DNA of 62,988 nucleotides, the filler included, from Atractiella rhizophila (taxonomy: Eukaryota), in the NCBI GenBank assembly GCA_021432655.1. It is 2 parts of one record of this genome, joined end to end, with 100 filler letters (N's around TTAATTAATTAA, not from the genome) between each part and the next. Parts side by side here need not be neighbours in the genome. Positions count along the whole stretch, not along the records: positions 1 to 31,892 come from MU271311.1; positions 31,993 to 62,988 come from MU271311.1. The stretch is one strand, 5' to 3'. Shown here one piece after another: positions 24,906 through 37,531 of this stretch. Below the pieces are notes generated by a model that searched no databases, was not told where the DNA came from, and was given only the letters and a program-made list of their open reading frames with translations. The position numbers and the translations under genes were made by a program. Each line of letters opens with the position of its first letter. Positions within the stretch are counted from its first letter, which is position 1.

Positions 24906-26878
24906 CATCTGTTGGTTCACTTTTATCCTACACGACTCAAAACTGAGTGCCTAGGGAACCCTATCCTTTACCCGCCTTCTCCAAATGTGGTTCACGGATC
25001 TACCGTGGTTACAAATAGTCATCCCGTATTGACAGTGGTGAAGCTTACACAGGTCGGCACCTCCGACAGCATAATGGCCTCGATTCCTCTCATTTCACTT
25101 TCCCAGAGAAGAGTATGAAGTGGGAAACAATGTTTGGTTTCTCTCTGTGCGTCCCGCCTTAAACTTTGATGGAGAGCCCCGGCATCACAATTCCGCTCGC
25201 CTGTTTCTTGTACAAAGCATGTTGGCAATCTAGATTCTATTGATCATATGTGCGTCGAAGGAGGGCTCCACCATTGTCAAATTCATTGGTCATGTCCTGC
25301 TCATGTATTTCTGTTGAGCCAATTCATGCGCTGCCATTTCACCCATCGATGTTTGCGAGCCTACAAACTACATTCCAAAGTTTAGAGGACATTGGCGCCT
25401 GTGATGCGACACGTATCCAGGAATGACATGCACATGCCCGATGGGCGAGGAGGGGGCATTTCTATGCGAAGTTGGTTTAAATTCCTTGATTTATCTGTTC
25501 CATTTTGAGAGGCTGGAAGTGTAAATTCATCAGCGTGCTCTCATGATTTGATTATGAACGGCAAATCCCAGCTCTTTTCAACATTCCAGAGTGTTGTTAG
25601 AATGAGCACCACATTACTTCCGCTGTATGCTAGGGCGACGGTCTTTATCCCCATCTCTTTCGAATCGAGTGTACGCGGGCAAACCAAACGATACCAGCCT
25701 TATCCTAAGTCAGATTGTGCCTAATACGAAGCATCATTCTTACCAATGTCGCGTTTGTTGCTGCGAGGATATTATGACAGTGATGACTGTCTCGGTGCCA
25801 TGTTCTTCATTTCCAATCTGGCTGATGTTGGTCAGCTGCTTTAGGCTCATCCTGCCGACCTCCTTAGATATTGTATCGAATAATAACGTCCTAACGTCCT
25901 CGAAGGATGATCGTAGGCAGCAAGGGAAGGCAGCACAGGATCGGCCTGATGACAGGTACGGTACGGGGCGAGAGTAGCTGGATGCTTCATATTGTGTGAG
26001 CACTTGCGCAGCTGCGCTAGAATGGGGAGTGAACACGGACTTTATAATACTGTCCGATCCTTTGAATACAACATGGTGCAGGACGAACAAAGTTCGATGC
26101 AGGCCGCAGACTCTGCTTTGTTTCGTCCTCATCTACTAATTTTATTGCTAATCCACGAGCTTAGAATCGTCAGCTTGATCTCGTTGGTCCCCTTAGCAAG
26201 TAGGAACCCCCTGGATGTCAACCTTTTCATGCTTAAGCACGCTCAAGTTCTCCTCTATTAACTGATTCTGCATGGTGCGAACTCCGGCGAATAATCCTAC
26301 AGTCGCTTACTTGGCATTGATATAGGGAGACTGTTGCGTCGAGCCGTGGCTGCTCTGAAGGGTCGAGAGGATCACAAGTCTTGAGTGTACCAAACTGGGA
26401 GGATCGATGGAAATTCAAACTCCGGAGGGGTCGGCAGTCATGCACTAACCTTGAGATGGTAAAGGCCCTTTCTCACTCTGAGGCAATTATCGATAAAAAC
26501 TGATTGTGCGCATATTGTTTGGAACTTGGACTTGCAAGAATTTTTGAATAATCGACATTATTATTCGATGGTCAATGAAGCTTACTAGCTTCACTGTTTG
26601 TCCAGAATTTTGATTTGTAAAGCTCCGTCACGTGAAATTGGCAAAGCCATTGCAGAACGCCGATCCTTTCCGATGAAACGTCCAAGATAGGAAAAACGCC
26701 TTCCTTGGCCCTTCCTCCAGGCATTCTCAAATCAGCCACTAGCCACAGTCAATCATCGTGGCAACTTTCCTGCTCTTCAAATAGGCTGCGAAGTAGGTAT
26801 TCTCGTTGGGGACTTCACTCTTTTCACCTCCCCGTCGCTCCTCGCAACCGGTTCTGTAACCCCAACCAACCCACTGCG

Positions 26879-28952
26879 ATGTCGCTCGAACCACCCTCCC
26901 GCGAGGCACTCCGCCAACGATCGCACTCATCCCCTTGCTGCCGCGACGGCGCCTCTTCAGTCCTCACCCGACTCAGGGACAACTATGGCTCCAGCTCTCT
27001 CGTGTCGGCCCTTTCGCTCGAGTTTCTCAATCACGATGCAGATGGAACCCCAGGATCGCATTTCGAATTAGCTCAGATGATCATCAAGAGAATCATGGAC
27101 GAACTCAGTATCCTAAGTGGCGATTCGGATAGCGACGATAGCGATGAGGATAGTGAGAAGGGGAAGGAGAAGGTATCCATTCTCGAACTTCTTTTCTGGC
27201 CATCACTACTCTCCCAACTCCTCGGTTCAATCACCTCCTCATGCCCATCCGGCATCAAGGAATCCTTGGAGACGAAGGCTTCCGAACTCCTCCATCTCCT
27301 AGAAGAACGAAAGCTACAGGTGTACGACAAGGCCTCTCAACTCGGACATCTCAAGGACGACACATTGCTCCGTCTCTCCAAGAAGCTGGAGGATAAATCG
27401 AACGACCTCTCCGTCGCATGGGATGCCTTACCATCCTTGAAGTCTCTAGAAGATTCCGGCGCTGAGACGCTTGCTGCGTTTCGGAAGAGGAGGGACAGCG
27501 CGCTGGAGAGTCTTGAAGTGGGACTAAGCGGAGTGCTGGAGTCCCTCAGTGCTGGGAAGGATGTGTTGATGGATAAGGGCGAGGATGCACGATCGATGCT
27601 CTCCGAGGTGACGGGAGAGATGCGCATCCTCCTCTCCGCTTTCGTTCAGGCTGTAGCCACAACCGATCCCTCTGGCTCATTCTCGAACGAAGATGAAGTG
27701 GACAACGATTCAGGTCCTGGTACTCGACTCTTGGACGACCTCCCATCCATGGAAACCATCAAAGAGTACTTCTGGCTGAGAGCCAGCGCCTTTCAGCCCT
27801 CCTCCCTACTCCTCCAGGATATGAAGATGCCGCCAAGTATGCACGAGCGTTGAAGGAGGGAGCGAAGAGGATGCTCCATTTCCACGAGCTTCCAAGCGAG
27901 TGGCAACACAATCCTTTCATCCGTTCCGGATACCGATTCGTTCCTGCCGAGAATTGGGGAACATTGTTCGCTGGTGGAGTATTCGGTTTGCACAATGAGA
28001 CTCGTATGTTCTCCTAGACCTACTTTGAGCTGGTTCTCACATGAATATTGTTAGTGAATATCCACACACACCTGTTTGGAGCGGTTTCAGTTGTCATCGT
28101 CCTCCTCTCCCTGTACTGGAACGTCTTCTCCTTCCCATCCTTTATGACTCCAGCTGCCCAAACCGAACGCACTCTTCTCGACTTCGTAATCGCTTCTTTC
28201 TTCCTCCTGGCCGCCACCTACTGCTTCCTCTGCTCTTGCCTTTTTCATATCCTCTCTCATTGTTCCTCGCGGACCTATTACTACTTCGGAGCTAATCTGG
28301 ACTACCTGTTCGTCATCTCTCTGTCACTATATACTGAAGACACTGATGCATTTGTTGGTGGCAGGGGAATTTCACTCCTCATCTCCGCTTCCGTCATCTC
28401 TTACATCCACTTCTGCTTTTACTGTGCTCCTCTCTGGATCCCAACCATGTATATGGGGAGTATGTTCATTCTGGGAATGATCGGTACATCTCTCTCCCTC
28501 CACCTCCTTTACTCGCTAATGTATTTGAAGGATGTGCCCTCCCATTCCTCGGAGGCGGCAAATGGTTCAACGATCTCTCCTTCAAGCCATACCGAATCGC
28601 ATTCTTCCTCGGTCTCGCAGCCTGCAGTGTTGCCCCGCTCTGCCATGGGCGTGGCTCTACGGAGCGGGAGAGACTTGGGAGGTCTTCCGGCCCATCCTTC
28701 CCTCTATTTCCTCCTACCTCGCAGGATTGTTCTTCTACGCTTCTAATTATCCAGAGAAGCTATTCCCCGGTGGCATCTGCGATTATGTGCATTCGCACAA
28801 TTTATGGCATTTGGGTATCATCGGTACGTCCTTCGTCTGCTTCATGAGTTGGAACTGATTTCATGACGTTAGGCGGAGTTTATCTGCATTGGATCGCTCT
28901 CATTTATATTGAGCATTTTGGCAAGGAATCTTACAGTTGTAAGATCCGATAG
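26879..28952 (+). CDS. PAQR/HlyIII (Izh-like) membrane protein with long N-terminal extension
   Basis: WQHNPFIRSGYRF, LHNET-VNIHTH, HILSHCS, LDY, YPEKLFPG and HSHNLWH. Confidence 0.88.
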
Positions 28953-29140
28953 ATTTGTCTTGCATGTAAATAATCCGTGTTCTTCATTTTGACGCTCAAC
29001 TTTCCGCCAGGTTTATATAGGTAGACTTGGCTTTCTCGCACATATTAATATTCATTCACTTTCAGAGATGAATTCAGCGGTGCATTCAAGGTCGAGTATG
29101 ATTAAAAATTATCGGACGGTGTACTTTTAAATGTGAGCGT

Positions 29141-30965
29141 CTACAACCCTAGAGAGTCGCGCAGACTCCTGTCGAACATCTTTACGTTGCCGTCGCTCTC
29201 CATCAATTTCTCTAGAAATAGCTCATCCGTAGCTATATCACATCAGCCCCAGTGAGAACAGGAAACGAGAATCGAGAGAAAGCCTCACCTCCTCTCACTC
29301 CTCTCAATGCCTCCCACATCTCAAACACTCCTCTCGCCTCACTCTCCCCCAACCGCTCCTTCAACACCACCGGTATGAGGTTCTTCGCAAGCTCGTAGTA
29401 GTATTTTTGGGTTATGTTCCTGAATCTCAGAGTTGGTGGGGAGGAGGAAGTCGAAGAAGAGGGGAAGATGGGAGAGAGAAACTCCGTTGGGTGTGCGGAA
29501 GTGGAGGAAAGAACGACGCCACGTTTCTACACAAAGCATCAACTTCGTGGATACTGTGCTAGATGGAAGAAAGACAAACAAATGACCGCGTTCCGCTGAG
29601 GTAGTCTAGAAGGAGACGAGGGACTTCCAATCCCCAGCTATCTATTGGCTTATCCTCTGGATCCACATATTTCGAGGCCTTGTAGATAGCGTTCACTCCA
29701 TCAAGCGCGAGGAGGACGGGGAACCTTCACCCAATTCTCAGTTTCAGCCTCCATCTCCGTCAAATAGCTATACAATGGAGAAAGTTCATTGGGGGAAAGA
29801 CACACTGAGTCTGCGACGACAGCACCTCCATAGTCCGATGCAGCACTTCTCCAGGTTGTAAAGCCTTGGGGTCTTCTTGTTCTTCTTCCAACAGAGCGGA
29901 GCTCATGTCTTCCATGACTGCTCTCTCCCTTAGTTGTTCTTTGAGCAAACTTCCGAGCGTCTCCTTCTTCTCCCCTTCGACCACTGCGGCTTTAGGGTCC
30001 AAAGGTATCTCGTGTAACGCTTTCTGATTCGCACCGTACAGTTGCCGGAGCAGTGTTTGGCAGAGGGAAGGCTGGAGGTAGATGGACTTCGAGGGGGAGT
30101 AGACATAGGAAGAGGTGGAATTGATAGTTTTAAAACCTGAGCCATCGCTATCTGTTGTGTCGCAAATGGGAAGATAAGAGACTCTCACATTCAGGAAGAT
30201 ACAGGACAATCCAGCCCGTTTGGAGCGACTTCAGCGATGCCTGGAGTAGTGCATACGACTTCCCGATACCTGCTGGACCCTCTGATCCATCTATTATGAG
30301 GAACTACACCTATAGGAGGAGATGAGAAAGCGAACGGATGAGATAAGCTGGAGATGGTGTTGGTGGATTCGAAGGCAGAAGAGAAAGTAATTGGAGAGTG
30401 TTATGGAGAATGACTGTTGCTGGACTGGATGTAAAAGAGAACTATACGCATACAAAATGAGTTAATGCTATGGCAAATAGAGAGGAAGGCATGAAAAACG
30501 CACGTCATATTCCATCCGCTTTTGTATCCCAACCACAGATGTTAACCGCGAAAAATCTGCCTGTTCAAGAAGGTATAATCTCCCCTCTTGACCTTTCACT
30601 ACGTCTCTCGCCTGTGTTCCACAAGGTCATGATAGGTCTGTGAGATGAAGGGTTGGAACTGAAAAGGCATAGGCATACCAGAAGATGTCCCAGTTCCTTT
30701 CGCCCAGGCTTTTCCTTCCAAAAAGTCGTCGCTTCGTCTCCTCGCTGCACATTTACGGGTCCCAAGCTCGCATTTTTCTTACACCAGCCAATCAGCACTT
30801 CGAGTTGGATTGGAGAGGAGGAACACTAACTGTGCGCTTGTATCGACCAGCTGGCACCGCTGCCGCTGCATTCAAGTCAGAATAAGGCGCAACCAGAGGC
30901 CAGAGTCACATACGCGCTTGTCTTGCCAGGCTTGTGCTTGAGAATAGGCGGCGCTGCAGTGACAT
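29141..30965 (-). CDS. RSM23: Mitochondrial small-subunit ribosomal protein mS29 (DAP3/Rsm23)
   Basis: Presequence MSLQRRLFSSTSLARQA, P-loop GPAGIGKS, GWIVLYLP, YLQPSLCQTLL and FPVLLALDGVNAIY. Confidence 0.82.
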
Positions 30966-31892
30966 TTCGTCTTTCTCTTTCTTGTTGCTGGTTGCTGGCG
31001 TGCCAAAAATTGAGAATGCTCACTATGCCTCCGATCGGAGCATCACCACACGTAAATAGTTGTAGTTCGCTTCGTGGAAGAATTTTCTTCACTCATTTCC
31101 TGGTGGTCGATTATTGTAAGCAACTCTCCCTGTCCCTCCGAGATGCTTCAGGCCAGTTCCAACGCGCGATCTGTGGGGAAAGGTCCTTGCTGCTCCCTTT
31201 TCCGAGTTTCAAGTCTACATGACACGCCTAGAGAAACAGTCGTGTACACAATATACGGGTGCCTTCAGTTTCTGAAAGGAAGAAGTGGAAGGAACCTAAT
31301 GTGACCTGGTACATATCCTGGCGTGATGCAGTCGTAACTGTTGTAAGCGGTATTTTTTTATTGGCAATAGTCAGGCAATGGGATTTGAAATGGTATTCTG
31401 TTTCGACACTTCATTCCGCACTCAAGAAACCGTATCCCTCCTACCGTTGGGGACCCTTTTTTTGAATGCGTGAGATTATTGAGATGGACGCCAGCTAAGT
31501 TTGACGATTTTGACTCTGCATTGCACCAGCAATGTGTGTCACAATCGATAAATTCTGGCGAAGAATGACTTGCAGTCTTTTTTTGGGCATGGCCTTACGT
31601 CTTTTGGAACCACGATGGAGGGCCTAATCAAAATTTGATACATGTTCTTTACACGTGATGATCGAACTATGCAATAGTTATTGGTTAATTTCAATGTTTA
31701 TGTGATGGATGATAGTGAGTACTGTATTGGTCGATATAACACACTCCAGAGAGGGATGTCGCAATCTTTGAAAAGGCTAGGTCGCAACAGACTCGGAGCC
31801 TTGTTTATATTTGGTGTACCTGCCAGTTTATCCCGTGAGTTTCTTCATCGTTACAAGACTTTCACGTCATGCCATCGCCCAAACTCCTGCAG

Positions 31893-31992
31893 NNNNNNNN
31901 NNNNNNNNNNNNNNNNNNNNNNNNNNNNNNNNNNNNTTAATTAATTAANNNNNNNNNNNNNNNNNNNNNNNNNNNNNNNNNNNNNNNNNNNN
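31893..31992. other. Assembly gap: 44 N + TTAATTAATTAA spacer + 44 N
   Basis: Exactly 100 nt with a symmetric linker that has stops in all six frames, so artificial. Confidence 0.95.
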
Positions 31993-32461
31993 AGGGAATA
32001 GGTAGCAACATAGGACGCTTTTTAAGTAGCACGCACGCCTTCGCATTCGGCCCAACCGCATCTTTCCCCTTACGTATTCGCCCGATCTTTTCCTCCTGTA
32101 AGGGTAAGGGTAAGGGTACGGGTACGGGTACGGGTACATTCCTCTGTAACACAAGCAGTAATGTCCACGTCTTCTATCTCGACGGCCTCGAACTCTGCGC
32201 TAGCTTTAACGTCCTAGTTCGTCACTACGTCGACCTCGTGGCAAGTAACGAGCGTTGGCGAGGACTAACTTAGCGAGTTTAAGGTATCCTAGTTTGGGGC
32301 TCCCTGGATGTGGTGTAATGTTGTTTTGGTGTAGTAAAGGGTGAACTTTCGTATTCCTTCTGCTGCTTGGTAAGAGAAAGTCAACGTAGTAGAGGTAAAG
32401 GGAGGAGTGTAAAAGGTAGAGGGTTGGAACTACGGGATCTCTGACGACGTATCCGTAAGGT
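31993..32461. other. PEX5 N-terminal coding segment written in reverse order without complementation
   Basis: Read right to left uncomplemented it is open, contains a 63-nt GT..AG intron (32369-32307) and ends ..GAT AAG GGA, in frame with AAG GGA AAG ATG at 32462. Confidence 0.9.
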
Positions 32462-33980
32462 AAGGGAAAGATGGTTGAACTGTCGGAAACAGATTGGGAG
32501 AATGAGTTCGCCAAGTTTCAGGAAGAGGTCAAGACGGAACAACAGCAACCTTTACAACAGCCTGAGCAATGGCATACTGCCGAGGAACTCGTTAATCTTT
32601 CTAAGCTTGAGGTTCGTCTTTCTACCGGTGGTAGTTTGGGATATTTAGACACATACTGACTGAGCGATCGATGTGGCATAGGAACCTGGCGCAGATCCCG
32701 AAATTGAGAAGACCTGGAACGACATCCAAAGCATGTTACGGCAGGATGACAGTAATCTTGCAGAGTGGGAAAAAACATACGGCTCACAATTTGCAGATCA
32801 TTTCAACCTCAACGACTCCGATCACACATTTGGTCCCATCTCTGGCGACGCTCTCATCACACTCTTGCAGACAAATGTCTCGAAATCGTACCCCTACTCT
32901 CCAGCGGAACAGTTCAAAGACTCTGTGGATCCATATCTTGAAGCTGTGCGCATGATGGACGAAGGAAAACCGCTCCGCGAGGTCGCCGCAGCGTTGGAGG
33001 AAGCTTGTCGGAGAGATGAAGAGAGAGGGGAAGCCTGGGAGCTGTTAGGGAGGGTATGGGCGATGGACGAGAAAGAAACGCTGGCGATCAACGCGTTTGA
33101 ACGTGCCGTCCTTCTCAACAAACACAACGCCTGGATCGACCTTGCAATTTCCTATGTCAACGAAGGAGCGGATTCGAAATCTGTTGCTGCCTTGGAGAAG
33201 TGGCTGTCGCTAACATACCCCGATATCGCGGCCAATTTCAGGAAGGAAGATTTCGATGCGTCCAATCCATGGGCTGCCCAGGATAAGTTGAGCGAACTGT
33301 ACATTGAAGCTGCCAGACGAGGAGGGGCTGCTGGAACGATGGACAAACTGGTACAAGTTGGGTTAGGAGTTCTTTTTTACTCCAACAGCGATTATCAGAA
33401 GGCGAAGGATTGTTTTGAGGCTGCGTTGGCCGTGGACACACAGGTTTGTCTTTCTCACTTGTTATTTTCGACGTGCTAAAGGGAACGTAGGATTACGCTT
33501 TATGGAATCGGATGGGAGCGACGTTGGCAAATGGTGGGGAACCCGAACTAGCCATCGATGCCTATAGGAAAGCGCTAGAGCTTCGGCCAACATTCACTCG
33601 TGCAATCTGTGCGCACATTCTCATTATTCGCCCTGCTTAATCCTGACTTCAACGTAGACAACCTTGGCGTCTCATGTCTCAATATCAATTGTCCTCATGA
33701 GGCGGCCGAACATCTTCTCGCAGCATTGGAACTACAAAAATCAGATGTTGCCAACTCTGATGTCCTCAAAGGAAAAGGAAGTGAACTCCTGCAAATCGGC
33801 GATGGGAGTGAAAATCTTTGGGCAACCCTCAGAAAAGCCTTTCTCTGCATGGTTCGTCCCATTCGTAAGGCACGGCTGAACGACAATTGACGGGATTATT
33901 AGGGACGACATGATCTCGCAGATCGGGCACAGGTTGGAGGTGATATTGGTTCGTTCAGGAAGGATGGATTCGAATTCTGA
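32462..33980 (+). CDS. PEX5: Peroxisomal targeting signal 1 receptor Pex5 (5' part disrupted by the gap and reversed segment)
   Basis: WENEF WxxxF motif; TPR motifs [46 protein letters not shown] and [12 protein letters not shown]-terminal FRKDGFEF*. Confidence 0.92.
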
Positions 33981-34795
33981 ACCTTGTGTGCTTCTTTCAC
34001 GTAGTAAGGTCTTCTTTTTCCTCCTTTATTACAGGCGAAGAGACTTACGAGTCCCGTTTGGAAACAGGATATCATTGTTTAAACCGTCTGCTGTAGGAAA
34101 ACGACACGGAAAAGATCACTTGTGACACAGGTCTCGCTCTCTGCCCTGTTAACCTCTCATGCTCGAGCAATTCTAAGCGGCCAAAGTCTTTCACCTACAG
34201 CTGCTCTTTCGGTACCTAGTGGCCCTTCCCAACATTGAACTGAGGACCTATTAAATTCGCAAACTTCTCTAAAACACTTTCACCAGAGAGGCCATCGGAA
34301 AGAGATGGAAATCGGTGGTCAGGTAAGGGCCGCTTTATTAACTCACACCCTTCATAAAATCCTCCCATATCAAGGATCGACAGAGTCCAATGTTGCAGCT
34401 TGAAGAAGGAAGGAGCATGGCCAGGTCAAATTTGCCGATGATGATATCCATATTGCACCAGCGGCAAATCCATTCCAGATTCCCACCTCCGGTTTTTACA
34501 GAGTTCGAAATATGTGCTCAACATGTTGACTTTCAGCAGCAGGCATCCATGTGATGTGAAGCAGTAAAAATTGTGGCTAAGGGCAATGTCTCTCAGTGAT
34601 GATGAACGCAACCGAGTTATAGTTAGCTATGTATGTGGTTAGTAGAAATCGACAAAGTAGTCGCACATATTATTTTCGGGAGGTGAATTGCCTTGGCAAT
34701 CAGACGGAGATGGAGATGGGAGTGATGGCGGGGTAGGGAAGGAGTTGAGTACTGCACCGAACGAAGCAGAAACAGATAGAAAAGTAATGTACTGA

Positions 34796-36775
34796 TTAAA
34801 GCAACGAATCCATTTTCCCAAAGACCTTTCCCATTCGTTACGTCAGCCTTTCACCTCTCAAGTGTGTGGGAATTGGGGGTGATGGTATAGAAAAGAGGCG
34901 AACCTGTAAGACCCCAGCCACGACTTCGAGATGCAATTCTTTTCCCTCCGCCTGTGCCACTTCCTCCTTACACAACCTCAGGATTTCATTCAACGACGCA
35001 TTCGTGTTATCTCCCCTACTCCCCGTTCCCAATCCCGCCGCACTCCCATTACTACTTCCACTTCCGCTCGATCTACCAAAAGGCCAATTCCCGAGTTCGA
35101 CCATAAGATCGTCACATTTTCCGAGCGCTCTCTCCCTCTCTTCATACGAATAACTCGCCATTCCATTCTCCAGCACATTCGCAGCATACGCGGCGCACAC
35201 CATCGAGACTGCTCTGACGGTACGGTAGCGGACGCCGTCGGGGTAGAGTGAGGATACGGGGAGGGCGGTGGTGCGAGAGGCGAGGATGGCGTTGGAGCGA
35301 CGGAGGACTTCTTCTTTGAATGTCGGATCGGAGACCGGATGGGTGGCCATGTCGAAGAGGAGGAAGTTTTTCTTTTCGGTGCGTAGCACCCCTTTGTCTA
35401 CCAGACCTTTTGCTAGGCGCTCTCGCACCTGCTTCAATTGATACCCAATCTTCATCACGTTCCACGTCTCGCCTGGACCGATGTTTCATTGGCTACGCTT
35501 TACTTCGAGAATAGGACATAACGAACCGCTCATTAGGTCGATCCAGGTTCCAACACTCATCTTTTCGCTCACTTTCATCATTTTCAGCGCTTCATCGAGA
35601 AGCACCTCTCCGGTATTCCTATCCAAAACCACATTGGTATCAGCAATAATGACCATCGCCACATCAATAAATTACCGACCTCTCATCTACAACCTCAATA
35701 AACCTCTCGCTCACACTCCACCTTCGTCGATTCGGATCCCTAACCATTGCTATTCGATGACGGAGGGCGAGTTCGAGGAGGATACAGCCACGAAGGGCAT
35801 AGGAGATGTTGTCGTTCCAGAATGAGAGGTAGCCCTGTATACCACAACAGACAAAAATGATCAGATAAGCTAGATACAGATACGATAAAAGGTTCTCCGG
35901 GATGTTGGACAAGAACTAAAACTGTCATCCAAAAGTAGGATATCGTATGCTACATGAGCACACACGGAACACACATCCAGGAGTCACAGGTACAATTAAA
36001 CCGACGCCGGCGGAAAGAAGGGTCTGTTAGCTTTTTCGATGCAAGAAAATCGGGAACAAGCTCCGTCCCTTCAGGTGTTCTGGTCTGGTCAAGAACGACT
36101 CCGTTTGATGGTGGGCCACCATGAGTGTCGTTCCTCATCTTGAAACAAGTTCAATTAGCTTAAACCTGCGCCGGTGCAAAGACGCTGCGAATGCGGTCTG
36201 CCATTGTCTTGCTTGTGAAAGGGGAAATAAGGCAAAGCCATCTTCTCAAACTGAACCTAGAAGAAGCAAATAAGGAAACTCCAAAGATTCTTCCATCCTT
36301 TTTTGTGACAGCGATATTGGGAGTCAAAGGTGTATCGTACTACGCTAAGATATAGGCTGATGAGTATATTCATGCGTTCGCTCGTGGCGAAGTCGCCAAC
36401 CCGTCAAAAGTCTGGGACTGAACAACGCAGGACTTGTCTAAGATGTCTTAGTGGCATGTCTTCGTCGATAACAGCGTGCGACCACATCCAAAGAAGCGCA
36501 GCTCTCTCTTCTATCCTCTCAAGGAAACCACAAACCTGTCTGTCTTTCAAGCCCAACAGCAGCACCTCCTCCATAATCGTCAATTTCGGATTGAGCCTAT
36601 CTTCTCCCTGTCTCTCTGCGAATTCTTTAGGGTCATAAGCGACCTTATGGCCGGCCTCTTCCGACAGAGTGTCTCCATTGAGTGCGGGCGAGGGAGGTCC
36701 AGAGGTCGACGGTCCTGCTCCCTCTTCCTTCTTCGGTCCGCGACGGCGTGACAGTTGCGAGTTCGTTGTTGTCAT
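34796..36775 (-). CDS. VPS74: Golgi phosphoprotein 3 / Vps74
   Basis: [88 protein letters not shown]; first intron is 701 nt (36535-35835). Confidence 0.95.
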
Positions 36776-36970
36776 GATGTCGTCTAGCGCATACAAAGCT
36801 GCCTTTTCTGGGCGTAAGCTAGAGGAATAGAAGTCGATGTCGAGCTGGAGAAAGCGAATCAGGTGGCCGTAGAAGCGTGTACAATGCGGCTATACCTTGT
36901 TCTCCCACCTCCTGCTGAAACGCCGAACGGTTTTTCGAACAGAACTGCCGCACCAAGCTGAACTGCGACG

Positions 36971-37293
36971 ATGTGGCCCTTTTCTTCACCAGCGCCAGCA
37001 GAGAACACGCGCACAACGCGAGAGGCATGTTGGGAAGGACGGGATGCATACTTTGGGTGTCTGGACAAGAACAACGTTTTGAAGCCTGGAGACGAGAAGG
37101 GAGCTTGCAAAGCTGACAGGGCTGTCTATGAAAAAAATTGTGCGAAGAGCTGGGTGCGTCCTTTCCTTGTTAGCAAGTTCCGGATGTGAATAGAAGGGAG
37201 ATGTAGGTGGAATATTTCGATAAACGACGAGTGCTGGTGTTTCAGCAGAATCTCGCCAATGAGAGGGCTGCAGTTCCTCAGAAGCCGCGGTAG
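36971..37293 (+). CDS. COA6: Cytochrome c oxidase assembly factor 6 (Cox6b-like)
   Basis: REACWEGRDAYFGCLD..C....YEKNCAKSW|VEYFDKRR; one intron. Confidence 0.88.
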
Positions 37294-37531
37294 ACCGTAG
37301 CATGCGTGTGTCTCGCCCTCTGCATAAGAGCCATGCTCAAGGTCTAAATAGCTCTTCTTTACAACTCAATAATCCTTAATAGTATTCACACTTCTCACGA
37401 ATGTGCTCGCTGTATGCATCCCACAGCTCCGTCCACTCTTCCATTCAATTTAGTACCTTCTGCTTGCTTTCTCATTGTCGACTAACAAAATTCAGTCAAT
37501 TATGCGAAACCAATAAACAAGCAGACTGTCT

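Noticed and set aside
24950..26700. Possible degraded gene or transposon remnant
   Set aside because: No TIR, LTR, TSD or recognisable domain seen; TBLASTX would be needed.
31681..31892. Left gap flank also mirror-reversed (a CTAAC..TAG and short ORF appear when read backwards)
   Set aside because: Short, no recognisable protein, and AT still exceeds TA in the given orientation by rough count; insufficient support.
31937..31948. TTAATTAATTAA palindrome as a piggyBac site or regulatory element
   Set aside because: It is centred in a symmetric 100-nt N gap, so an artificial linker.
32098..32137. (TAAGGG/TACGGG)n as a telomere-like repeat or a YP/VP dipeptide-repeat ORF
   Set aside because: It is the mirror image of ATGGGC/ATGGGA (Met-Gly) codons in the reversed PEX5 segment.
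31993..32461. TA-rich segment as a RIP-mutated transposon
   Set aside because: The TA excess is explained by reversal of ordinary AT-containing coding sequence.
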